A DNA stretch of 52,508 nt, counting the filler, from Piedraia hortae CBS 480.64 (lineage: Eukaryota): NCBI GenBank assembly GCA_010093745.1. It is 10 parts of 10 records of this genome, joined end to end, with 100 filler letters (N's around TTAATTAATTAA, not from the genome) between each part and the next. Parts side by side here need not be neighbours in the genome. Positions count along the whole stretch, not along the records: positions 1 to 12,439 come from MU006073.1; 9 more parts are not named here. One strand, given 5' to 3'. The position numbers were made by a program, and so were the translations under genes. This document shows positions 1-12,344 of this stretch, piece after piece (position 1 is the stretch's first letter; each line of letters begins with the position of its first letter). A model generated the notes under the pieces. The model ran no database searches and was not told the origin of the DNA. It saw only the letters and a program-made list of their open reading frames with translations.

Positions 1-63
1 ACGCGTCAACTAGTTTTCCGTAGAGATTTGTATGCAGGTACACATCTGCTCACAATTATAATA
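1..63 (+). mobile_element. Copia LTR family A (124 bp), 3' part
   Basis: Matches the 3' half of the full copy at 40166-40289 (reverse complement) apart from one substitution; ends CACAATTATAATA. Confidence 0.9.
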
Positions 64-612
64 ACTAGTGAACTGCTTACCAGCGTTCCGTCCCTGATCT
101 ACAGCGAGGAGACGGTAGACACCTTTAGTGGACCCTCAACCAGCTATGCTTGCAGCAACTCGCGCGGATACGATCTGCCCAATGAGTGCGTGATTGACGA
201 CCCTCAGATTGTCGGCCGTAAGTTGGACTGTCCATTTTACTTTCTCGGCTGCACCAAGCAGATTGCCACTTTTGATAACTGGGCTATGCACTGCAAATAC
301 CACTTCCGCACCAAACTTCCAAAGAGGCTGACATGCCCCTTTGAGAATTGCCTCTGGCCTGTCGCGGCAGTCACAGGTGAGGAGGCCTGGGAGAAACTCA
401 ACGAACATATCCAGAAGGAGGAACACCAAGTGCACAGTAAGATTGACACGAAACGCCGCCCCAATGAGGATCTTATCAAACATCTTTGGAATTGCCGCAT
501 CATAACAAGCGTTGAACAAAAAGAGTTGACGTCTTACGGTACTCTCGAGCGAACAACATACGTCCTCACCACGGGCAAGGGGCGCAATTCGAACGAACGC
601 ATTCGTCGTTGA
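64..612 (+). CDS. C-terminal part of a fungal Cys/His-rich (C2H2-like) hypothetical protein; 5' end cut off by the LTR
   Basis: Open frame with CPFxxxxC...HxxxH and CPFxxC...HxxxxxH motifs; no native ATG between the LTR and these motifs. Confidence 0.55.
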   Translation, partial: TSELLTSVPSLIYSEETVDTFSGPSTSYACSNSRGYDLPNECVIDDPQIVGRKLDCPFYFLGCTKQIATFDNWAMHCKYHFRTKLPKRLTCPFENCLWPVAAVTGEEAWEKLNEHIQKEEHQVHSKIDTKRRPNEDLIKHLWNCRIITSVEQKELTSYGTLERTTYVLTTGKGRNSNERIRR

Positions 613-1098
613 GGTAGATGTGAGGAGCCCATCTACAATGACAAAGATTATCTTCACGAACATAACGAAGGTAGCTCGTAGCGTCATATTTACCGCAGAA
701 ATGTAGGCAGATGGAAAATGACATCAATTAAACTCAGATTTACATTTCAGCTGTCATGTGAAGCTCAAGATCCAAAATTTTCGGAGACGGCATGCTATCG
801 TCGTTGTTCCGGGCCTGCGCAGAAGAGCCAGCTCGTCATGTAGGTATGATCGACAGGCGAATCGCGGTATGGATCCATGGAGGGCCATGGAAGGGAAGTC
901 TCCCCCCTGAGAGGCTTCCCGCAGGGCCATTTGCGAAATCGTTAGCTTTATGAGCTTGCTAGCATCTTTCATAAAAGAACGGCCTCTTCTCCTATCATAC
1001 AGCGATCGATGGAAAGGGACAGCAAACAGATGAATCTAAATAAACATCCAAACACGCTGATATTAACCTATCTTCACATCACTAAGATATTGTCCTAA

Positions 1099-3207
1099 TT
1101 AGGACGACTCTAACTCTGCCACACGCCGTTCGATTTCCGGCACTGCGCGAAGTTGGAGTTCTAGCTCCTCCTTTTCGTCTTCCAGCTGCAGATGGCGCTC
1201 GGCATCTAGCCGTGTAAATACATGCCCTCCCTGGCCGTCGAACTGCAGGATCCAGCCGTGGTAGCGCCAGAGACTGCGACGATGACTCACGCTCATGAGT
1301 GTGATGCCCCTTGCTTTAGCCTCGTCGTATATGAGTCGCTCCGTCTCGGGTGTCAGCGAGGCTGTGCATTCATCCAAGATGGCATACTTCGGCCGGTGGT
1401 AGAACAGCCGAGCAGCTGCGATGCGCTGCTGGTAGCCGGCCGATAACACATCTGTCCATTCAGCAACTACGTCTAGGCCTGATCCTTCACCTGCCCGTCC
1501 GCTCGTGCTGAGCAGTGCCTCGATGCCTAGAATCTCCATGATGTCCATAAGATCTTGGTCTGTCATGCCTTTGGCTCTCATGTCCAGCACGCTGTCGGGA
1601 TAGAGGATCTGCTGGCGCAAAGTTCCCTTACTAAGGTAAGGGCGCTGGGGCACATAAAAGATGTCATCGCTGGGTGGTTTACGCACTGTGCCACCATACA
1701 CTGGCCAAAGCCCTCCCAAGATGCGGAATAGGCTGCTCTTTCCGCATCCATTGGGTCCTACGATAAGCAAGTGGTCACCAGGACCAATGTGAAAACTCAA
1801 GGCGGGCACCAAAACGTCGCCGTTGGGACTGACGATTGGAACTCCTTCAAACTGTATATCCTCGCTCTCCTCGAGCGTGCCACGTCCTGCCAGCACAGCA
1901 GCGTTGGCTTCTATTGACGCAGATGACACGAGCGCCTTCTCAAAGTGACCTTTGTGAATGTCGGAGATGACTTCTAATAACCGACTAACGCGCGACGTAT
2001 AGCCAGCTAATTGAGAGATTTCCTTGTAGCTGGACATTAATCTGCCGAAGGCATCAGAACTGGACAGCAGGAGTCGTCGGTTAGTGACAAAGGCCTCGGT
2101 ACGGTTGCCCATCTGCGCGCCACCGACTTGGCTTGGCAGCTTGAAGAAAACTGGCACGGAACAGAGCAAAAGGCCAAGAGCACCCCAGAAGTACTTGATG
2201 ACGAAGTCTTCCATTATGCCATGGTAGAAGCGCCGGCGGAGAATGCGATTAACGTGTTTGATCAGGGTAAAGTATCCCTTGTCCAGAGTATCTTTTTCCG
2301 CCTCCTGGCCCACATACAGGGCAACTTCCTCACTGTAGTCGATGATGCGGGAGTGTTGGAAGCGGAATTCACCTTCCAGCCGTGCCTCCTCAGCAACATA
2401 TTTTCCGAAAGGAGGTGTCAAAGCACGCATGGCCATGGCGCTGAGCTGTACCATAAGGCTCATGGCGAAGAGGCCCTCCCCGCCAACACTTCTTCTCAAG
2501 CTCCAACTGTAGATAATTAGATCTAATATGGGCTTGGCCAAATTGGAATACAGCTCGGCCAGGCTGTTGCTGAACTTGGCCACGTCTACCGTGATCAGCT
2601 GATCGGCATTCTTGATGCGGTCATCCAACGCTGACAGGGTATAAAACGTCATGTTGTTCAGGTAACGGTCGTGAATGTAGCGCGTGAGACGTGTGCGATA
2701 TGCTAGGCTCAACGTTGTTTGGTGGTAAGAGAGCATGGAGTTGGTAAAGGTCGCAGGCACGGCCACCATCATCCACCAGACCAGGCCCTTGATGAAGTCT
2801 TTGCCTTTTCCCCTGACCAGTGAACTGACCAGTTGGCCGTCTAGCTCAGCCACATACAAGCTCAACAATGTTCGAAGTACCAAGAATACCGAGTGGCTGA
2901 CCAGCAACCGAAGCTCTCGGCTTTTGTACGAGGGTATGCAGATTCGCAGCAGTCGAAAAAGGTTGTGGAAAAACTCTTGGTTTAGCTCAACCTTCTGCTG
3001 TCCTGGTCGCTCCCCGGGTGGTACTCGCCGCGCAGCCTTTTGTTCACGTATAGCATTGCGTATGCGATTGATGAGGGTGAGGAAGAGCGTGAGATAGAGG
3101 CCTCGAGAAACTGTGGTTCGATTCTTAACGTATAGGGAGGTCAGGTCTTGAAGCAGCTTCTTCGCTGAGCGTCTGGATATGGGTATGGTAAGGAGACCTT
3201 GGGTCAT
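1099..3207 (-). CDS. PXA2: Peroxisomal ABCD-family half transporter (Pxa2/Pxa1-like fatty acyl-CoA importer)
   Basis: Intronless 702 aa ORF; EAA-like motif [11 protein letters not shown], Walker [17 protein letters not shown], signature LSAGYQQR, Walker B AILDECT; Pxa2 versus Pxa1 assignment is from recall only. Confidence 0.9.
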   Translation of the reverse strand: MTQGLLTIPISRRSAKKLLQDLTSLYVKNRTTVSRGLYLTLFLTLINRIRNAIREQKAARRVPPGERPGQQKVELNQEFFHNLFRLLRICIPSYKSRELRLLVSHSVFLVLRTLLSLYVAELDGQLVSSLVRGKGKDFIKGLVWWMMVAVPATFTNSMLSYHQTTLSLAYRTRLTRYIHDRYLNNMTFYTLSALDDRIKNADQLITVDVAKFSNSLAELYSNLAKPILDLIIYSWSLRRSVGGEGLFAMSLMVQLSAMAMRALTPPFGKYVAEEARLEGEFRFQHSRIIDYSEEVALYVGQEAEKDTLDKGYFTLIKHVNRILRRRFYHGIMEDFVIKYFWGALGLLLCSVPVFFKLPSQVGGAQMGNRTEAFVTNRRLLLSSSDAFGRLMSSYKEISQLAGYTSRVSRLLEVISDIHKGHFEKALVSSASIEANAAVLAGRGTLEESEDIQFEGVPIVSPNGDVLVPALSFHIGPGDHLLIVGPNGCGKSSLFRILGGLWPVYGGTVRKPPSDDIFYVPQRPYLSKGTLRQQILYPDSVLDMRAKGMTDQDLMDIMEILGIEALLSTSGRAGEGSGLDVVAEWTDVLSAGYQQRIAAARLFYHRPKYAILDECTASLTPETERLIYDEAKARGITLMSVSHRRSLWRYHGWILQFDGQGGHVFTRLDAERHLQLEDEKEELELQLRAVPEIERRVAELESS

Positions 3208-3459
3208 TGTTTGTGGGTGAGGTTGGATGACATTCCTTCACATGTCCCTCGGGCTCCCCCATCCGTGCGTCCTTAGCGTTGCGTAACCTTATTCTGACTG
3301 CACCTGTCAATGCGTTGACATTATTGATGAAAAAATTACAATCTAATAGCCACCATACGCTCCATAACTACTCAATCAATACTTCCGTACATAGACTCGT
3401 GTAACTCTTTAACCTAGCCCCGCTGTTACGCACCAAACGAGCCGTGACTAGACACCAAA

Positions 3460-4673
3460 CTAAGACGACAGGTCCAATACAACTCGTCCAATGAGTTCTC
3501 CCCGGTCCATTTCCTCAAAAACGGATGTCAACTCTGCCATCTTGGCTAGACGAAAATGCGTCTTTACTAACCCGCGCTCAGCAAATTGCAAAGCCTCAAT
3601 GGCCTCTTTTCGCGTGCCGACAGCCGAGGAAACAATGTTTTGAGCTCGTAAACACAAGAATTGAGGGAATGCGTTTGCGATTGCTTTGGGCTCTCCTTCA
3701 GGCTAAATCTGTCAGCAATGATTGTAATCATCGTATGAGTGCTTACCATTCCCACACAAACCAAAGTGCCACCGAACTTCAGCAGGTCCAAACCCATTGC
3801 ATACGCACTGTTGGCAGCTGTGAAGACGAGAACGGCTTCTGCCCCAAGGCCTCCAGTTATTTTCTTGACTTCTTCCGCAGCATTGCCCTTGGTAAAGTCG
3901 ATAAAGTGTTCAGCACCACACTCCATCGACAGATCCTTCTTGGCTCCACCATCGATTCCGATGACACGCATGCCCATTCCTTTGGAAGCGATCTGGCAGC
4001 CCAAGTGGCCTAGCCCACCGCCGCTGCCCAATATCACCACCCAGTCACCGGCTTGGGCAGCGGACTTCTTCAGCGCACTGTACACTGTCACGCCAGCGCA
4101 AAGCATTGGCGCTGCTGCACCGCTCTCGAGGCCTTCTGGAATGGGCGTTACATAGTTGACGGGCGCAAGGACGTACTGCTGAAAAGTGCCCGGCGTGTAA
4201 TAACCAGAAACCTTTTGTCTGAAGCAACACGCATCGTAGCCAGCAATGCATGCCGGACAAGTGTCGCAAACTGCATTGAGCCATTTAATGCCAACGCGGT
4301 CTCCCAATTTAACAGAGGTCGAATCTGCGCCGGGTCCCAGCTTAACAACTTTGCCTACACCTTCATGTCCGCCGACCTGTCCCTGTGGCGTTGGATTAGG
4401 ACTATGATGTTAATGAAGAAACTCTATGGAACTGTTCAACTCACAGAGAAGCCCATCGATTTGTCATGACGCCAAGATCCGAATGGCAAACACCGGAATG
4501 CGTACTAGCTAACGTTACTATGAGACCCATTGACCGATGCAAAGTAGTTATTACAGGTTTATCAGGATCTCACCAGGACCGGGTTCAGGCATATCGAGCT
4601 CAACAACCTTGGTTGAGACTTTACCAGGCTCATCGTATATGACAGCCTTGTACTTCTTGGGTAGTTCTGTCAT
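3460..4673 (-). CDS. Zn-dependent alcohol dehydrogenase (MDR family), 4 exons
   Basis: Joined by hand: MTELPKKYKAVIYDEPG...; HSGVCHSD; QVGGHEGVG; CDTCPAC...C Zn cluster; GSGGGLG; C-terminus GRVVLDLSS*; GT-AG introns near 4554-4505, 4443-4403 and 3746-3703. Confidence 0.9.
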
Positions 4674-5196
4674 TCTGGAAACTGTGTTTGTGCGAATGAG
4701 CCTTTGACTTCCTCCTTATATGTTCCTAGTAGGAATGGCCCGAGGCAAGCGAGCTTGCCACCACTTTAGGCAGCCCGCGCGGGGTACATGCGGGGTTCGA
4801 TTTGATCTTGGTTGGGTGGCATCTGGTGATGAGACTGTTTTAATCAATGCACGGAATCCCTTAGAAGATGGATTTGTAAGGTCCCTTCAGGTCGGACAGC
4901 TTTGTGCATATCAACGAAAAGTACCAGCCAACTGCCGCGGATGTCCCCAAAGGGCAATGCCGTCAAAAGCACGTATGAGAGAGGCCTTTCTTAGATAAGA
5001 CGATTGAGGAGAGCGAATTACTTGCAGGTGCGGGGTACTAAGGGGTGTGTATCCATGATTGGCCCTCGTAACTCACAAGAGCATATTAGGTGTAGTCCTT
5101 GAAGTCATTCTGGATATCTTTAATGCCTTTCCCAGCCGGCGGGAGATCAATATAAAGATATACAACCTTAGGCGCCTACAGCATGTTCTCACTTAC

Positions 5197-5320
5197 TGTT
5201 GTGAATATGCGGTATATTACGCGCATTATTAGTAATCGGCGCTCGGCTCTCGACTTGACGCGTCAACTAGTTTTCAGTAAAGATTTGTATGCAGGTACAC
5301 ATCTACTCACAATCATAATA
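5197..5320 (+). mobile_element. Complete solo LTR family A (older variant), 124 bp
   Basis: TGTTGTGAAT...AATCATAATA flanked by direct repeat CTTAC (5192-5196 and 5321-5325); about 7 substitutions versus the contig-end copies. Confidence 0.93.
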
Positions 5321-5591
5321 CTTACGTCATGTTGCGGCCCCCACACTGTTACCAGCGGGAACCCCATTCGGTACACCGGGAGCTTCTGTCAAGCAGGCTC
5401 GAGCATAATTCAGACCCTTAAATACCATTGTCAATATGGCCATTGTTCTAATTTGACCTGTGTCTTCTATACGGTCCACGTATCGACCTCATCAACGACG
5501 GTAGTGGCTTCTTACAAGATGGCTAGAATGTCGCTCTACCTCAACAACCAAACGTTTTATGCCGGTCATCTTCGCCAATAATCGTAGCAAG

Positions 5592-5720
5592 ACGGTCGGC
5601 TGTACGTTACAGACCGCCAGACCGCGATTTTTCCCGCACCACCTCCACACCTCAACAACCACCATGACACAATACTGCGACGTCAAAACACTGCCTTGCG
5701 CGCATGACGAATGTCGCGTC
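5592..5720. repeat. Left arm of ~130-bp inverted repeat (partner 10352-10760)
   Basis: GACGTCAAAACACTGCCTTGCGCGCATGACGAATGTCGCGTC (5679-5720) is the exact reverse complement of 10352-10393; similarity continues outward. Confidence 0.85.
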
Positions 5721-6218
5721 GGCCAAACAACTCACAGTGTCCCCGATACCCGGTTTCGCGCTGCCGGTTTTGCGCGTTGCAAATCTGTCTCATGGATTTG
5801 TAATGGCACAAAACATGTGTGCCACTAAGTAGGGTGCTAGAAGCTCGATGAGACGTGTCCCATGGCAAATGCTTACGACGAGGTGAAAGAGTTGGCCCAA
5901 ACTACAATCACATTTTTACCAAATTGAGCTCATTACCTGCTTCCCCACACTAAACCAGTTTCAATGTTGCATCCCAAATCTACTCTCAGTATTCACTAAC
6001 TCATTCATCCGTTCTACTGTTGGAGGGACCTGGCATCCCGGTATCAACCTTAACTGGCTGCCAGCTGCGATCACCGTACGACTTGTGCGATTCCTCCAGT
6101 GGCGATTGACGCTCCTCAGACTCATGTGCCGCGATTGTATCGCGCAAGGACAAATAGGCTTGATAGTGTACACGTGCCTCTCCATCGATGGCCTGCCCAC
6201 CGATGTTGCTATTATGGT

Positions 6219-7417
6219 TCAGATGACGTCGATATCAAATGTCTCCAGATCAGTCGAGAATGGATACAGAAGCGCTCCGTCGATTACGCTGCCCCGCTCC
6301 GAGCTGCTATATTGCTCAGGCCAGTGGTACAGAAGATATGGGATGCCAGCGACTAGGTGTGGTCGAAATCTGTCACCACTATCCTCATGATCGGAACGTA
6401 GACGGCGAGGAACGCGATTCTGTCCACGTCGGACTCGTTGTTGTAGTCGCCACTGGCGGCAAGGTTTTCGAAATAAGGCCCCCTGTCGACCAAGACTGAC
6501 TTGGACAGCTGGTCCCACCAGGACTCGATGCGCTGGTTTGCCTTACTTGTGCCATACCGAAAGCAATCGGCGAAAGCGAGCTCCTCTGGTATCTTGTTGT
6601 GAGTCTTCAGGCTCCGATCGTAGTGACAGTCGGCAGTCAGGGTTGTTTCGGCGCCCCGATCGGACCTAAGCCACAGAGGCATGCGAGTACCTTCGGCAAG
6701 CGTCGACACGTACTGCTTGAGTACGGACACTGCACTGCGCCCCGTTATGTCGACATAGGTCCACATAACGCAGCGCGACCACTCATCAATCACCGCATAG
6801 ACTTGTACGCCCCAGAACTCCAACTTACTGTGCGCGTCCATGGACCACACAAAGTTAGGTCCCTGAGCGGCGACGACCCTCTCCCCACCCTGACACCCTT
6901 AGCCCTGCTCTCAACTGCATCGGGGTTGAACTCTCGGGCAATCTGGTATACCCGGTCTCTAGAGAAGTTAGGCCTCACAATACCTTTATAATGTTGTTGA
7001 CATTCACTTACCGACCAGTATTGTGATACTGAGGGTGTTCCCAACGAACATAGTCGTAGAGATCATTACGACCATAGCTGTTCACTGTTCCTTTATCAAA
7101 CTCGCTGACTAACACCTCTCGGATCTTGTCCTCCAGCATAGGAACATCAGAGGCACTGGTCCTCTTGAACAGACCAGCCTCACGGCGCATGCACCCCACA
7201 GTGTGCTCCTCGATGCTGAAGCCGTCATGACGCAAAAGTGCTGCAATCTCCTCGTCTGTGACCTGGTAATCGAAGTGTGGTGTGACGATCTGCGCTGTGG
7301 GAACCTGCAGACCTGGATCTTGGGCATTGACGCTCTGGGTTGCTTTCGCAAACCCCAGTGTGCTAGCTTGCGTTCAACGGTGCGCTGGGGCACTTCCAAG
7401 TCGTATACCTCGCTCAA
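6219..7417 (-). pseudogene. Frameshifted DDE integrase-core (rve / IS3EU-like) transposase with an N-terminal HTH (Clr5-like) region
   Basis: Fragments in several frames: RTVERKLAHWGLRK; YGRNDLYDYVR; SRDRVYQIAREFNPDAVESR; WSMDAHSKLEFWGVQVYAVIDEWSR; PLWLRSDRGAET; GTSKANQRIESWWDQL. Confidence 0.75.
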
Positions 7418-7898
7418 GTGGGCAACGATTTCATGGAAGGTCTTGTCTGGGCTGCATGCTGGTATCGAGCCTTGACGGCCTCAACAACGCAGCAGGGTGA
7501 AGGAAGTTTGGTTATGGCTTCAATGGTTATGGACTAAGCGTGAGGAAGACAAGGTTACTATCATAAGGCTGTCCGAGTAGCTACTGTGACTGAGGGTGGC
7601 GCCGATCCCGGTCGGCATGAAGTCGTTAAGTAGCCAATGCCGCCTCAAATCTACCGGCAGGCGGTAGCCCGTCTCCAAGAATGGTTTGGGGTGGATCATC
7701 AATAGCTTGAACTGGCTTCATATCACTAACAGAAAATTAGGGGGCCCAACGGAATGAGCGAGCGCATTTCCCACAATAGAATGTTGTTCCCTGGCATAGA
7801 TAATTACCGTCTCAACCCACATTTCCCAGCACTACTCTCCTCTATACCCTTTTCACACCAGTCTCTGTCTCATATCTTATCCAATTCGCACCAACGTC

Positions 7899-8734
7899 AA
7901 TGGCACCCCTGTCCGCCCTACCGACCTGGTCTGAACCGTGCAAGGTTCTTAAAATCAACCATAACACTTTATATCGCAACTTTACTTAGTGCGCTGGTTG
8001 CGGTGCTGTTAATCTCGCGAGACCTCCCTGAAGTGGAGAATACGTCCCTTCCTCCTAACCCACCCACCTCGACATCCGGCATCTCTTGCTTCGGGTCACT
8101 AACAGCGCATGCTGAGCAGCAATGCAAGCAAGGTCTCAAGCCTAGGAGGGCCGCCTCCCAGTATGCTTGTGCCCATCCTCGCAGCACAAGGGCACCGCCC
8201 CAAGTGATAATCAAGACGAAGACGTTCCTCGTAAGAGTAGTTGTTTTCATCTCAGAGGTTGTCAAGGAGGAAGGCACCTATCGGGGGGAGGAACGTTTCA
8301 CCAGGAAGAGTGTTCAGCGCCTAGGGGAAACATTGTCATACGTCCTGGCTGAGCAAGAGTAGATGGAACAACCGCAAATCACAGGAGCTGGTTGACTGGG
8401 TGCTGTACCATTCGCCCAGCTACCACCAAAAGGACATTGACCTTCAGGGGTACTTGCGCCATCACCTGAACGTTAGCGTTGACGCGAAGGTGAAGAGTGT
8501 TGTACGTATCGGCGGCATGATTACCACGAAGATCAGCCTGGAGGACGGGTTAGCCTTTTTTAAGACCGTCAACAATTAGACGACAGCCAAGCAACTCTTG
8601 TGGCGGTCGACGTGGACCTGGAGAAGCGAAGGGAGCACAAGGTGCGTAGGAAGGAAGAGGAAGAGGAGGACTCAGTGAGCGCAGGAAAAACATCGAGAAG
8701 GGACGATGAAGACGGAGCAGGATTAGGAAAATAA
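7899..8734 (+). pseudogene. Degraded coding region of unknown function, divergent from the DDE gene
   Basis: ORF to 8362, then a second frame reading ELVDWVLYHSPSYHQKDIDLQGYLRHHLNVSV...EEEEEDSVS to 8734; protein-like composition but interrupted. Confidence 0.35.
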
Positions 8735-10351
8735 AGAACTCGATGGCCTTGTGCCCGTAAAGGTCGAGGTGCCTTCATGGACCAGTCGGGTATGAAGCCA
8801 CAATTACCGTGCCTGTGCAATAGCTAGCTTCTTTTCAGGGGTTTAATCCGCAAAATTCACCTCGACTAGTGGACCTTACCGAAGACGTCTCCGATCAGAG
8901 CTCCTCACTGGAGCAAGAGACCGTTCAACTTCCCCATCCGATAGTGCGAGGACACCATGTAGCTGTTGGCATGAAGCCTTGTTGCTATTAGTGTACGATG
9001 CCACTTCGCGACACCCTATACACCAGCAGCTGCACCCTATATTTTGTCCTCACAGAGGTTTCCCTCAGGGTCATGTTGCATGCGACATGGTGAATGCGCC
9101 CTGCTACTGTTTGAGGTGAGTCATGGAGTAAGGCTGCATGCTGACGGTCTTACTGCATGTATGATCACTTGCTTACGGTCGTACGATTGATGACTCTTCA
9201 TACGAGGCTACGCACGGGTCTTCCAACCCAGAATATGTAGGTATGTAGCTCTCGTGGGTGAGAGTGCACAGCGACCCGAAGAGGACGGAGCGATAGACGG
9301 AAACAGGGACAGGAAAGATGTAGATGTATGTAAGTCAAAATACCAGTTGCAGCATGGTAGTGTGAATGAATATATTTTCAATAAGGGGACGTTCAGAATG
9401 AAAATTCTGTTCCGGTGGGCCGGTGACGTCACGTCGTACACTAGCGGGGCGTATTCACCATGTCACATATGACATGACCCTGAGGGAAAACCTCTGTGAG
9501 GCAAAAACCTAGGGTGCAGCTGGTAGTGTAGGAGGTATCGCTGACTTGCTATGCAAGTGCCCTGCATACGCGCTAGCGGCGATGCTTGAATCCAACAGAA
9601 TATAGTCTCTGATGTCCCCTCGTAGATACACTTGTATTCGCTCATAAACACATCTCTACTCTCCATCCATCGTTCTCACTCATACATACCATCTGTTTTT
9701 CAGTAGCCAGTAAGTGTCAAGCTCAGTGCGAGGAAGCGGCGGAGCCAAGCGGACAGGAATCCGCCAAACGTTCCCGCCCGACACTGAGATGATCGAACGC
9801 GGTTGGGAAGCGACGTGCAGTGGAAGAGGATGACGCGGATAAAGGGCCACAGACGAGGGCCAGCAAGCGCCGCCGTAGGAAGTTGATTGGATTTTGAGTT
9901 CTGGAGCGGTGCGCACGTCTTTGAGTATTCTTATTACTTTGTTCTTAATTTTTCAGTGAGCGATGTATTCTAGGTTAAAGAATCCTAATTAAAGTATAGC
10001 AGTGCTAAAGCATTCTGGCATGGCAAAGGTGACGCATCGCTAATATCTACAGTGACCGGGTACAACGAGGAGACAACATGAATGCATGTCAGACACCGAT
10101 TTGCCACATGGAGTAAGAATTGGCAAAGTCTCCGATGCGCCATCAGGGCATCTAACTACCAAGTTATATCGCAATGTGTTGCATCCGCGATTGAAGCACC
10201 CAATCAGATCAGTTACAGGTAAGGTATCTTCATATCTTCTGCCATCATAGCATCAGCAGGCCATGGCCATATGCCTTTGGATAGCGCCTTTGGAAAACCT
10301 TGCGGTACTTGAACTTTCGCGGATGTGACACCCCAAAAGACTGATTGTACT

Positions 10352-10760
10352 GACGCGACATTCGTCATGCGCGCAAGGCAGTGTTTTGACGTCTCAGTGT
10401 TGTGTTGTGGTAGTTGTTAAGGTTTTGAGGTGTGGATGTGGTGCGGGAAAGTTGTTGAGACTAAGCCGACGCTGGTCATGTTGCTCCTCGGTAGCTTCCA
10501 GCACCAACTTGCGCTATGCACTAAGACAAATAATCTGCAGAGGTTGGGGTGGCTAGAGAAAAGGCTGGTGAAGAGGTTGGAAAGAGGTTGGGCTCCTCAA
10601 CGGAAAGCTGGGAGCATCGGAGTTTATTGTATATAGAGTCAGTCCTTGAGAGAAAGAAGAGTGACTTACAATTTATCTTTTCACCCCTCCACAGTCGTCC
10701 AATCTTTCTATTTAAAACAAAAAGTGGCGGTCTGGCGGACTGTAACCTTCAGCCAACCGT
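10352..10760. repeat. Right arm of the inverted repeat, interrupted by a solo LTR
   Basis: 10352-10452 plus 10726-10760 rejoin to the reverse complement of 5592-5720. Confidence 0.8.
10453..10720 (+). mobile_element. Probable solo LTR family C (~268 bp)
   Basis: Starts TGTTGAG, ends TTTAAAACA(A), flanked by AAAGT direct repeat (10448-10452, 10721-10725); absent from the left-arm copy; internal TATATA. Confidence 0.7.
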
Positions 10761-11270
10761 TAGCATTAACATTGAACGATTACTGGAGAGCGAATCCGCG
10801 AAATCCCACAGGTCTCGAAACAAAATTACAAGGCCCGGAGGCACGAAGGTGCGTCTTGAATGGCATGAGGTAAATAGCCCAACAAAGTTTTTGACGGGGC
10901 GTCTTGTCCTAGCTGCGCATCCGCACCGTGCTCCGCAATCATGGGCTTTTGGTGATGTGAACACTCTTATGTGAGTGTTATTTTCATCTGCCTGTCTTTC
11001 CGACATTGTGTGTGTGAATCGACGGAGACGCAGAGCTAAGGTGAGACTGTACGCAAGTTTCCGACCTGCCACAGTGCGTGAACCAGTGCTAGCACAAAAG
11101 AGGCACAGATTCGTACGAGCACGCTACCTAGGCTCAGCCTAATTTCACGAGACCGCATCATCTAGGACACACCCTAGAATAAAATAGACCGTGGCTCGTC
11201 CTTGAGAAAACTTAAAACTTAAAGGTACTGGGAAGCTTCGGCCTCGACGTCCGTCTTCCAGCGGGATCCG

Positions 11271-12344
11271 TTTCTTTGTTTGTCTGTTTGTTTGTTACTC
11301 ATTTTACATTATGGATGGGTCATAGCTCATGAGCTTATGCCCGGACCTTTTTGGGCGTTAGACGGCGCAGGGTTGCACCCCGCGCAAGCCGACCCGTTCG
11401 CTCCCCGTCCTCTCCCTCGGTCTCCTCCGACCGCAACTCTTCCTCGTCAATTCTTCGACCACTTGGGCCATCTTGGTTTCTGGTCAACTGCCTGGGGAAA
11501 GCGTCCTCGTAAAATTTGGACTGCGCCGTATACTTGGAGAACAGTTTAGCTTTGGCCGCCATGCCTAGGACCTGATCCAAGGCGGTGTCGGGCAAGCCAT
11601 TGCGCAGCACATTGCTGGCAGCTATGCCTTTCGGGCAGAAATAAAGTGTACTGGGGTATTGAGGCTCCCGCCAGAGCAGCGGAGCTCGGCGTCGTGGTGA
11701 TTTAATCTTTGATCGTACTCGGCATGATCACCGTGCTTAATTCTGCACACGACGAGTTGCCCAAGGGCTTTTCGTCGGAGGCGCAGTGCCTTTGGCGGCT
11801 TGGAAGGAAAGCCAATGGCCAGCTCCTGATAGTGCTGGGGGGAATTCTCGGCCCACCAGTCTCTCGCGGTGCAGCGCTCCAGACTCGTGCTGATCTCTTT
11901 ATATGAGCTAACGTTGGCAGCCTGACCGGTGCAACGGGTCGCCTGGAGCCGACGCTCCCATCTTGGCGAGGGCGTCGGCCCTGTCGTTGCCTTTGATGGC
12001 GGCATGACCTGGTTGCCAATGCACCCAGACACGGTCTTCTGGAAGGTTTGGCATGCGGCAACGATTCTCCCACGAGTCGGCAAGCTTCCTGAAGCCAATG
12101 AGGGGGGCCTGGCTGGTGTCAGTAGGCGTGACCCTCGACCCCTGGCCATAGGCGGCCTCTTGATTGTCGAGCGCCAGTTTAACGTCTTCAGCCATCCAGA
12201 TGCATGCACGCTGGAATTCAGCGGGATCCGAATCGTGCGTGGCCTTGTCGAGCTCAAAGTGTACTACCTCACTTAGCGTAGCCTATCAGGGCCTAGCGCA
12301 TGGGCAGTCCCCACCTTTTCATGCGTCAAAGCGCGGATACTCTT
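11271..12344 (-). mobile_element. Degenerate 3' end of a non-LTR retrotransposon (Tad1/I-like LINE)
   Basis: RNase H C-terminal motif VHWQPGHAAIKGNDRADALAK; downstream HGDHAEY...HHDAELRCSGG..PVHF; (CAAA)n-like tail at 11271-11296; frameshifted; truncated by LTR A. Confidence 0.75.

Noticed and set aside
7510..7540. GGTTATGG motifs as additional PBS sites
   Set aside because: Only a 7-nt match and no adjacent LTR end.
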